From Marinisporobacter sp. (lineage in GTDB: Bacteria; Bacillota; Clostridia; Peptostreptococcales; Thermotaleaceae), in assembly GCA_025210395.1 (NCBI GenBank), contig JAOARV010000031.1, positions 66,646 to 106,645 on the forward strand: 40,000 nt of DNA, read 5' to 3'. Numbering within the stretch: position 1 is the stretch's first letter; each line of letters starts with the position of its first letter. The notes beneath the pieces were generated by a model, which saw nothing but the letters and a program-made list of their open reading frames with translations, ran no database searches and was not told where the DNA came from. Position numbers and translations under genes: made by a program. Of the stretch, positions 19,642 to 27,030 are shown in pieces.

Positions 19642-20057
19642 TATAATCTCACCGCCTTATCTATTAGAAAATAGGTTTGTTCATCTGTAGACGGAACCAA
19701 TATAACTATATCCCCTTTTTTAAGGGTATCTGTATATTTCATAGTCCCTGTAATAGTCGTTTGTGCACCAACACTTCCACTAACTACCTTATATGTTGTA
19801 GGTGGTGGACTTGTTTGAAGTGTAATAGAACCACCCTCTCCGTTGGTTTGTATATTTCCTTTTACTTCTATTTCTCTTTGATAATCCTTTAATACATGTG
19901 CTGCTATGACTAAGTGTTCTTTTGTTAGGATGATCTTGTCTCCAAGAGATACTTGAATATTAGGGGGAGGGCTAAGTACCATTCCTGTCTGTGGTCCTAG
20001 ATAAGGTTGATTATCCCTTTCTTTAAACAATTTAGCCAGTTCACTAATGCCATCCAT
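19641..20057 (-). CDS. DUF2577 family protein
   Basis: 138 aa; QTGMVLSPPPNIQVSLGDKIILTKEHLVIA...LKKGDIVILVPSTDEQTYFLIDKAVRL. Confidence 0.88.
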   Translation of the reverse strand: MDGISELAKLFKERDNQPYLGPQTGMVLSPPPNIQVSLGDKIILTKEHLVIAAHVLKDYQREIEVKGNIQTNGEGGSITLQTSPPPTTYKVVSGSVGAQTTITGTMKYTDTLKKGDIVILVPSTDEQTYFLIDKAVRL

Positions 20058-21025
20058 TATATCACCCCTAATCCTAGCTGCATTTTGTGAATGCCATTTT
20101 TCACTGTATGATTTACATCCTTGATCAGGTATTTTCCAGTCATTCCTGTTATAGGCTCTTTGATTTCTATGGTTCTTCCTGCTCGTACCTTATCATCTCC
20201 CATGATTTCAACGCTGTTCTCTTCAAATATTTTCCCAAAGTCTTCTAATATTTTGTCTGCAATGTTCCTTGCTTTTGCTTTATCTTTTTTGTCTATGGTT
20301 GTAACTTCTTGAAGTAGCCCATATTGTTTGATTAATTCATCTTTTTTTCTGTTTTCGATCACATGATTATTAAATACTACTTGAACACTATTTTTCATCT
20401 CTTCTATAGATCGTTTTCTACTAGGACTAGAAAGAGCCTTTGTTATATCATAGGGTTGTATATTTTCTGCAAGCTGGAAGGTTCCTTTGATGATTAACTC
20501 CTCTTGTTTTTCTATACATAGCTTCCCCTGCCTCATTTCCATCCTATATTTCTTTCCTGTATGCTTCTTTGCAATATCTAAAATGTCCTTGATAATTTCA
20601 CTAATAGCTTTCTCCCTATAGATTTTGTTGATCACCGTATTAATAGGTGCAATATTTCCAATAGGTACATTAAAATCATTGAGCATAGTTTCAATGGCTT
20701 TTTTTCCTGTAACTTTATTAAACTGATAAACTGCCTTACTTTTATTGAGATAAAATGCATAATCAAAGCAGCTATATTCGATTCTACCTCTTCCATTTCT
20801 TTGCTCTGAAACAACAATGGCTCGAAGAATTTCATCTTTATTATTGAGAATGATTAAGCTTCCTAAATCTACTGGATTCATTGGAAAATATCGATCATCA
20901 TTAAAAGCAATATCAAAGGTTAGTTGTTGTCCTAACTCATTGATATTGCTTCTCCAGCTGATACTTCCTACTAAAGGTGTAATATCTGTTTGTAAGTTAT
21001 CTTTAATATTAAGTAGCTGATGCAT
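20057..21025 (-). CDS. XkdQ-like baseplate hub protein
   Basis: 322 aa; ITPLVGSISWRSNINELGQQLTFDIAFNDDRYFP...GPM-type hub ending DVNHTVKNGIHKMQLGLGV. Confidence 0.88.
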   Translation of the reverse strand: MHQLLNIKDNLQTDITPLVGSISWRSNINELGQQLTFDIAFNDDRYFPMNPVDLGSLIILNNKDEILRAIVVSEQRNGRGRIEYSCFDYAFYLNKSKAVYQFNKVTGKKAIETMLNDFNVPIGNIAPINTVINKIYREKAISEIIKDILDIAKKHTGKKYRMEMRQGKLCIEKQEELIIKGTFQLAENIQPYDITKALSSPSRKRSIEEMKNSVQVVFNNHVIENRKKDELIKQYGLLQEVTTIDKKDKAKARNIADKILEDFGKIFEENSVEIMGDDKVRAGRTIEIKEPITGMTGKYLIKDVNHTVKNGIHKMQLGLGVI

Positions 21026-21026
21026 A

Positions 21027-21467
21027 TTACACCTCCTTTTGTTCTAGTTGTATGAATTTGAATTCGCTCAAGGTAAGGGTATAATATATATCCCCACTAC
21101 CATCCTGCTGCCCATATTCAAAGCTTTCTATCGTACAAGCCATATTCCCTAAATGATCAGGCATATCATTAATAATCATTCGAATGGGTACTCTTCTATT
21201 TTTCCATTTTTCAAGCATGTCTACATAGTCCCATGCTTTGTACTGTTGATTTTCTTCTAAACCTCTTAAAAAAGGATACTTATGGTTTGGGAAAAATGAT
21301 TGTATGCTAATGCTCCTTAAATTTTTCATGCCTATCAGCTTGATTTCTCCCTGACTTATGGTATCAAAGGTTTCATTTTTCATTCCTGATTGTATTTTAA
21401 ATTCCTTTGGCAAAACAGGAAGTGTAAAAAATTGCTCTCTATTGTTTACTGAAAGTAAAATATCCAT
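21027..21467 (-). CDS. XkdP-like protein lacking the LysM domain
   Basis: 146 aa; LPVLPKEFKIQSGMKNETFDTISQGEIKLIGMKNLRSISIQSFFP...DMLEKWKNRRVPIRMIINDMP; ends before any LysM. Confidence 0.82.
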   Translation of the reverse strand: MDILLSVNNREQFFTLPVLPKEFKIQSGMKNETFDTISQGEIKLIGMKNLRSISIQSFFPNHKYPFLRGLEENQQYKAWDYVDMLEKWKNRRVPIRMIINDMPDHLGNMACTIESFEYGQQDGSGDIYYTLTLSEFKFIQLEQKEV

Positions 21468-21480
21468 GAATGCACCTCCT

Positions 21481-23280
21481 TTATGCGTATGTAGGTTGGT
21501 TGGACATGGCTTCTTTTAGTCTTGGGATCAACTTATTAGCAATTTCTTCACTAGACATATTGGCACCTGTAATATTGAATGTAAGATTATTTCTTATATG
21601 CTGACGAGTTCTACGATCTTCCGATTTTATCCCCATATTTTTATTGCTTTGTCCATGTACTGGATGATTTCTCGTTGGGTTTTTAACATAATTATTTCTA
21701 TATAGATTCATTATATTTGATCCTACTCGTTTTCCATATTTTGTGATTCCTAAATTTTTAGTATTAGCTTTATACTCCAGTTTCATTTCATGCTGCGTAT
21801 TAATCTTATTTTGTGATTTAGGAATGAAATGATTCCTACTAATACTATATTTTCCATTTTGTAACTTTTCTTTCATTAAATCTACTTGCTTAGTTGCACC
21901 TGTAAGATTGAATGTAAGATTATTTCTTATATGCTGACGAGTTCTACGATCTTCTGATTTTATCCCCATATTTTTATTGCTTTGTCCATGTACTAGATGA
22001 TTTCTCATTGGGTTTTTAACATAATTATTTCTATATAGATTCATTATATTTGACCCTAATTGTTTTCCATATTTTGTTATTCCTAAATCTTTAGTATTAG
22101 CTGTATACTCCAGTTTTATTTCATGCTGTGTATTAATCTTGTTTTGTGATTCAGGAATAAAATGATTCCTACTACTACTATATTTTCCATTTTGTAACTT
22201 TTCTTTCATTAAAGCTACTTGCTTAGATGGAGTATATTTATCTTTGATCTTGTTCCAAGTATTATTAATAACCCTTACGCTGTTTGTCTCTAAATTTTTT
22301 AAATTATTTTCTTTTATTTGTGCTTTAAACTTTTGATCTTTTGTTCTTTCATTCTCACGTATAGAAATAGGCACGGTTCTATTTCCTAGATCCTTGATTT
22401 GTGGATAATTTTGCATATATGAATCTAGATTAATTGGTATATTTAAATCTTTTGGAGGAATAAAATACTTATTAATTTCCGCTCTCATAGGATCATCTAA
22501 TATATTTTTATACACCATCGTAAGAGGAGTAGTCACTATAGCAGATGTTCCCAAGCTAACTAAATCTACAGCTGCAAGAAATTGTATACATTCATCTTCT
22601 TTTTTCTCCCTCAGTGTTTTTATAGCAAATAATATAGTAAGAGGAGTAAATATATTTTTTGAAATTGTATTTTGTAATGCTTTAAATCTAGATAAATTTT
22701 TTATAGATCCTTCAACCCATCTTTTTATTGGTCCTGATTGTTTTATTAAATCTTTATTATTTCCCATTTTCCCCCACAATTCAATCATCTTTTGTGAGGC
22801 TATCCCTGCTTTACTAGCCATATCAATTGTCTTATTTTTTAAAAGTAATTGGTTTTTTTTAGAAATTGATATATTTTTTACAAATTTTGAAAATTCCCTC
22901 CCTATCTTTGTATCCAAAAACCAAGTACCATAAGATATCCCCGAACCATAAGAACCATCACCATTATCAATTTCTCCATTTCTATTACTATCTACAGGCG
23001 TATCTACAAATTCGCCAAATTGTTCCATAAATTCGTCAAATGAATTGATTATAAAAGGTTTTATATAATTATCTATATTTTTATTTAACCACTTTCCTAT
23101 AGGATTTGTCTGTCCAATATTTCTTCTAGGATCAGTTTTTTTACAAAGTTCATTAGATTTTTTCATGATTTCTATATATGGATTTTTAAATTGATTCTTT
23201 CCATCATTCTCATCTTTTTTTATTAACTTCTTATCTATTTCTTTAGACTTCATTGTTTCTTTCTCCATTTTATTACCCAT
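21481..23280 (-). CDS. Putative tape measure protein (599 aa) with internal tandem repeat
   Basis: Position between the XkdN-like chaperone and XkdP; hydrophobic central segment; C-term MSSEEIANKLIPRLKEAM typical of Firmicute tape measures. Confidence 0.7.
   Translation of the reverse strand: MGNKMEKETMKSKEIDKKLIKKDENDGKNQFKNPYIEIMKKSNELCKKTDPRRNIGQTNPIGKWLNKNIDNYIKPFIINSFDEFMEQFGEFVDTPVDSNRNGEIDNGDGSYGSGISYGTWFLDTKIGREFSKFVKNISISKKNQLLLKNKTIDMASKAGIASQKMIELWGKMGNNKDLIKQSGPIKRWVEGSIKNLSRFKALQNTISKNIFTPLTILFAIKTLREKKEDECIQFLAAVDLVSLGTSAIVTTPLTMVYKNILDDPMRAEINKYFIPPKDLNIPINLDSYMQNYPQIKDLGNRTVPISIRENERTKDQKFKAQIKENNLKNLETNSVRVINNTWNKIKDKYTPSKQVALMKEKLQNGKYSSSRNHFIPESQNKINTQHEIKLEYTANTKDLGITKYGKQLGSNIMNLYRNNYVKNPMRNHLVHGQSNKNMGIKSEDRRTRQHIRNNLTFNLTGATKQVDLMKEKLQNGKYSISRNHFIPKSQNKINTQHEMKLEYKANTKNLGITKYGKRVGSNIMNLYRNNYVKNPTRNHPVHGQSNKNMGIKSEDRRTRQHIRNNLTFNITGANMSSEEIANKLIPRLKEAMSNQPTYA
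21559..22224 (-). repeat. Two in-frame tandem copies of a 333-nt (111-aa) unit inside the tape-measure ORF
   Basis: Copy 1 (21892-22224) KQVALMKEKLQNGKYSSSRNHFIPESQNKINTQHEIKLEY...; copy 2 (21559-21891) KQVDLMKEKLQNGKYSISRNHFIPKSQNKINTQHEMKLEY...; about 90% aa identical. Confidence 0.95.
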
Positions 23281-23314
23281 CCACTCACCACCTTCTCTTA
23301 AAAAATAAAACCAT

Positions 23315-23335
23315 AAAAAGCACCCCTATGGGTAC
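23315..23335 (-). terminator. Weak terminator-like hairpin between tail chaperone and tape measure
   Basis: Minus strand GTACCC-ATAG-GGGTGC followed by TTTTT. Confidence 0.4.
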
Positions 23336-23338
23336 TTC

Positions 23339-23512
23339 CTATGATTCATACTGTTCTTTCATCATTTTCTCTAACTCTTCCATTTCCTTCTCATAAAAAG
23401 CCATGAGGAGAATCATCTCTCCCCTTGGCATGTTGTATAGCACAGATGGTCGGATGCCTTTTGTTTTCCAGTAGTAGTAAAGCATCTGTGTAAAACCATC
23501 TGTGTTGATTAG
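23339..23512 (-). CDS. Tail chaperone frameshift extension (GT-like), reached by -1 frameshifting
   Basis: 57 codons with no ATG near its start: LINTDGFTQMLYYYWKTKGIRPSVLYNMPRGEMILLMAFYEKEMEELEKMMKEQYES*, in -1 frame relative to the XkdN-like ORF. Not in ORF track. Confidence 0.82.
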   Translation of the reverse strand, partial: LINTDGFTQMLYYYWKTKGIRPSVLYNMPRGEMILLMAFYEKEMEELEKMMKEQYES

Positions 23513-23904
23513 TTTTTTACTTCTTCTACTGCTCCACCATCAAATCCACTTAGTTCTCCAATGATGTTGTATAATGTTATGATTTCTCCAGGAAGAAGAA
23601 GCTTTGTCACTAAATCCTTTGGTGTATAAACATGAAATTTATCCATCAGCTCTTTGCTTTTTAGACTTGGGCTTTTTACTCCTTCTATAACGGTCATTCT
23701 TTGAAGCTCTCCTATGTTGATGCTTTCTTGTTCTTCATCCATAGCTAGCTCTTGGATTTCTTCCATTTTATCAGGGGTTAGTGCTTCTACTCGAAAGATT
23801 ACCTTTTCTCCTATTGCCTCTGATAGTCTTTTCATTTCAACTTCTTTACTTGGCTTTCTTAGTTTGCTTTCATCTAGCTGTAATAACAAATCTAATGTAT
23901 TCAT
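23509..23904 (-). CDS. XkdN-like tail assembly chaperone (G-like)
   Basis: 131 aa; FRVEALTPDKMEEIQELAM...FDGGAVEEVKN*, between tube and tape measure genes. Confidence 0.85.
   Translation of the reverse strand: MNTLDLLLQLDESKLRKPSKEVEMKRLSEAIGEKVIFRVEALTPDKMEEIQELAMDEEQESINIGELQRMTVIEGVKSPSLKSKELMDKFHVYTPKDLVTKLLLPGEIITLYNIIGELSGFDGGAVEEVKN
23512..23518 (-). promoter_or_regulatory. -1 ribosomal frameshift slippery heptamer A_AAA_AAC
   Basis: In-frame ...GTA AAA AAC TAA at the end of the XkdN-like ORF; the -1 frame stays open for 57 more codons. Confidence 0.85.
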
Positions 23905-23915
23905 AAGCTTCCTCC

Positions 23916-24362
23916 TTATTCTGGATTGATTACATCTGTAAAGTCATAGCCTGTAAATGTAAATGGACATTCTACCTTTCCTAATGCTTTTGCTTCAAAA
24001 TTCATTAATGTTAAATCATCAAAGCTAACCCCTGTTAATGCTACTCTTTCTGATTGAGCATCTACTGTATCTGGATCAGCAAGCTTGGATACGATTGTAA
24101 ATCTAATATCTTTTCCCTTCTTGATCATATCGCCTAGCTTGATTGCCATTCTTGAGTTTACTTTGTGCATCTTTACAGTTCCTTTTCCTTCCCAGCCTGT
24201 AACCTTTGTATCTTTAGCAAGGACTCCACACATATTTACATCTTCTTTTTTTAATGTAACCTTTGCTTCAAGTCCTGTCAATTCACTTACCTTATCTCCA
24301 TCTAACCAAATTTCTCCCCACGTTCCGTTAATCACTCTATTTCCAGGTATTTTGTTTGCCAT
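23916..24362 (-). CDS. XkdM-like tail tube protein
   Basis: 148 aa; NRVINGTWGEIWLDGDKVSELTGLEAKVTLKKEDV. Confidence 0.93.
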   Translation of the reverse strand: MANKIPGNRVINGTWGEIWLDGDKVSELTGLEAKVTLKKEDVNMCGVLAKDTKVTGWEGKGTVKMHKVNSRMAIKLGDMIKKGKDIRFTIVSKLADPDTVDAQSERVALTGVSFDDLTLMNFEAKALGKVECPFTFTGYDFTDVINPE

Positions 24363-24374
24363 ATTTATTCCCTC

Positions 24375-25445
24375 CTACATGAATATTTCCATTGTTAAGT
24401 CTTCCATCGCATCTAAGAATTTCACATGTGCTTTGATAAAGACTTCACTTCCTGTATTGTATTCCTTGATTTCTTGTTCTTTTAATGAATCTACATCTAC
24501 ACCTTTTTTCATTAGGTATATCTTTTGGGTATCCATATCGATCATTGCCTTATTTTCATAAGCATTGTCTAATACATCAATTCTTTCTAACTCTTGAAAA
24601 TATGCATTGATGGCTGCTAAGAATAGTACTTTATTATCATATGAATTGATAATTTTTCCAACATAAGAACCATCAAAGGTGTCATGAATATCATCTCTCA
24701 TCAAGTCTACTGCATCTACAATCTTGATCTTTTTAAATTCCTCTCCCTTTGTAGCAGTAGTTGTTGTAAGAGAGTTTACCCCTCTACCGATCTTGATTTT
24801 TACGCCATCGTTGATTAAGATTAATTTTCCATTGTCAATATCTACATCTGGATTATCTGATTCTGTAATGGCTTCTACTTCATTAAGTTCATAGTAAGTA
24901 GAACTTCTTGTAAATGGTAATCCAGCAAGAATTCCTGCGATTCTACAAGTATATTGACTCGCACTATAAGGAACAACCTTATCCTTGTCTACTCTCACCT
25001 GGATGCCTTCTGTAGCAAAATTAATGATTCCTTCATGATCTGCCACTATATTTGGTAATACTGCTTTAAATGTCTTTTTGTTGTTGTCTCTTTGTCCTTT
25101 GACCCATGAAACAATATTTTGTACATCCTTTTGTTCAATTCCTGGAATAGCAAGATAGTTCCACTTTTTGCTTTTTAATCGCTTAAGGGCTTCTGAATAA
25201 TCTTCATCTGCATTGATTCTTTCAACGATAATTTTGCTAGGTATTCCCATAAAGGTTTTTTCAATATAGCCTTTATTTTCAGAGGTCCAATCCTCTGCCT
25301 TTAATTCATCTATTGCCTTATAGATCATTGTGTCAAAATCCTTTGTACCATCCTTTAAAATCAATGCTACAATTCCTCTAGCACTTCTCTTGATAGCTGT
25401 CGTTCCTTTTGTTTTAAATTCTATAGAAATTTTTGGTAATCCCAT
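24375..25445 (-). CDS. XkdK-like contractile tail sheath protein
   Basis: 356 aa; MGLPKISIEFKTKGTTAIKRSARGIVALILKD...DNGKLILINDGVKIKIGRGVNSLTTTT. Confidence 0.93.
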   Translation of the reverse strand: MGLPKISIEFKTKGTTAIKRSARGIVALILKDGTKDFDTMIYKAIDELKAEDWTSENKGYIEKTFMGIPSKIIVERINADEDYSEALKRLKSKKWNYLAIPGIEQKDVQNIVSWVKGQRDNNKKTFKAVLPNIVADHEGIINFATEGIQVRVDKDKVVPYSASQYTCRIAGILAGLPFTRSSTYYELNEVEAITESDNPDVDIDNGKLILINDGVKIKIGRGVNSLTTTTATKGEEFKKIKIVDAVDLMRDDIHDTFDGSYVGKIINSYDNKVLFLAAINAYFQELERIDVLDNAYENKAMIDMDTQKIYLMKKGVDVDSLKEQEIKEYNTGSEVFIKAHVKFLDAMEDLTMEIFM

Positions 25446-25888
25446 TATTTTTCCTCCTTCATACTTAGTTGTTGCATCTTTTCATAATTTTGATAATCAT
25501 ATAGCTTCCTTTCATCCACAGTATCCATAAATTGTATTTCAAAAGAAAATGCTAATACCTTATTGACTATACTTACTTTGCTTTCTTGAATGGTAAATTT
25601 TCTATTCTTTACAATCAATAATGGATGAAAAATTTCTTGTAGTTTTTCTAAAGCTTTTAGATTCTCTTCCATGGTTTCACTTTTTGAAAAATATCGTATA
25701 TCTATTTTCATAAGCTTATTTTGATGATATTTATCCTCCATGGTAGTTGAAATCGGTAAAGCTTGTATGAAAAATGCAGGTTGATCCAAATCTTTATCCT
25801 GCATACTTTCACAGAAATGATATTTAGGAAAGCTTTCCTTGATCTTTTCTATGACAGCCTTTTGAATTTCAATGAATGTCATCCTCAT
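25445..25888 (-). CDS. Tail completion/terminator-like protein (DUF6838-like)
   Basis: 147 aa; IQKAVIEKIKESFPKYHFCESMQDKDLDQPAFFIQALP; directly before the sheath gene. Confidence 0.72.
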   Translation of the reverse strand: MRMTFIEIQKAVIEKIKESFPKYHFCESMQDKDLDQPAFFIQALPISTTMEDKYHQNKLMKIDIRYFSKSETMEENLKALEKLQEIFHPLLIVKNRKFTIQESKVSIVNKVLAFSFEIQFMDTVDERKLYDYQNYEKMQQLSMKEEK

Positions 25889-26187
25889 CTCTCCTTTGAC
25901 ATCCGTCTTTGCTTCATCTTTCTTTGAATAATCTCCCCTGATAAATGATGAATATCTAAAAGATCCATCATATACTCCTCATCTAATGCCAATCCTGTTT
26001 GAGCTTTTTTTAACGCTTCTTTCATTGTTTCTATCTGGTTCTTATAAGTATTTCTCTCTTTGATCACCTTATTGAGCCGGGTTCTTGGAACAAAGCTTTG
26101 ATCATTTACTATAAGTTTTTTGTTTCCTAGCTTTTCTTTTAGTTGGTCATATAACTTTTGACCTAGTATTTCTTTTAAGTGTTTCAT
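25885..26187 (-). CDS. GP20 phage scaffold-like protein, short (100 aa)
   Basis: N-term MKHLKEILGQKLYDQLKEKLGNKKLIVNDQSFVPRTRLNKVIKERN resembles the N-terminus of phage minor structural/scaffold GP20 proteins. Confidence 0.5.
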   Translation of the reverse strand: MKHLKEILGQKLYDQLKEKLGNKKLIVNDQSFVPRTRLNKVIKERNTYKNQIETMKEALKKAQTGLALDEEYMMDLLDIHHLSGEIIQRKMKQRRMSKER

Positions 26188-26262
26188 AGTATTCTCTCCT
26201 CATTCCATTACGTTTTTTACGTGCAACGCCACGAATGGATGGTTTAGAAACTTGCTAGCAGT

Positions 26263-26329
26263 TTTTCTTATTTTAAAGTATAATATAGAAATTTTAATAA
26301 TATCGGTTTAGTTTCGGCAATTTTTCGGA
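26263..26329 (-). promoter_or_regulatory. Promoter cassette copy A upstream of structural operon
   Basis: Minus strand TCCGAAAAATTGCCGAAACTAAACCGATATTATTAAAATTTCTATATTATACTTTAAAATAAGAAAA; CCGA(A/T) at 11-bp spacing x3, candidate -10 TATACT at 26282-26277. Confidence 0.65.
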
Positions 26330-26841
26330 ATATTTACTTCTGTAAATTGTAAAATCATACTGTTTTTCAATATTCTTATCATTTTCGTAATGGCTTTATT
26401 TTTTATTGCTCTACATTGTCTTTCCTCTATATTGATTTGAAAAGTAATATATCTCCAAATTTTCTTTTCAATATATTTCATTTGAATAATTTGCTTTTCA
26501 ATATCTGTCAAGCTTTCTATTGCGTTGTAGATTCTTTGTAAAAATCTCTCTACATGTCTTTTTTCAAATTCAAGCAAATCGATCTTGTGCTGGATTTCAA
26601 AATCCTTTACAGCTTGTATTTCTGTTTTCGAAAAAAAGCTATTGGTCTTAATAAAATTTTCATAATCTATTCCTTTTAAACTTAAATACTTCATATCTTT
26701 TAAATCTGCAATTTGTAATTCTATTTCTTTTATTTTTGCTTCATATTGCTTTAAGTTCTTTAATATGTTTTCAACACTTTTCATATTTAAACTTTTTTCA
26801 TTTTTACTTTGTATATTTTGTTCTAATGCTTGTGCATACAT
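26308..26841 (-). CDS. Sigma-70 region-4-like / ArpU-type phage transcriptional regulator
   Basis: 177 aa; C-terminal NAIESLTDIEKQIIQMKYIEKKIWRYITFQINIEERQCRAIKNKAITKM resembles phage late-gene sigma-like activators. Confidence 0.72.
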   Translation of the reverse strand: MYAQALEQNIQSKNEKSLNMKSVENILKNLKQYEAKIKEIELQIADLKDMKYLSLKGIDYENFIKTNSFFSKTEIQAVKDFEIQHKIDLLEFEKRHVERFLQRIYNAIESLTDIEKQIIQMKYIEKKIWRYITFQINIEERQCRAIKNKAITKMIRILKNSMILQFTEVNIPKNCRN

Positions 26842-26930
26842 TACTCATCACCACCAAAATTTTTTTGTTTATAAAGAATTCAAATATAAATAAATCCATG
26901 TCATTTATCAATCATTTCGTTCCATCAAAC

Positions 26931-26997
26931 TTTTGTTATTTTAGAGTATACTATACATTTTTTCATAAAATTGGCATATATTCGGCACTTTTCCGGA
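26931..26997 (-). promoter_or_regulatory. Promoter cassette copy B upstream of the sigma-like regulator
   Basis: Minus strand TCCGGAAAAGTGCCGAATATATGCCAATTTTATGAAAAAATGTATAGTATACTCTAAAATAACAAAA, gapless alignment with copy A over 67 nt. Confidence 0.65.
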
Positions 26998-27030
26998 GAT
27001 TTCATAACAATCATAAAGTGCCTATAGAAA

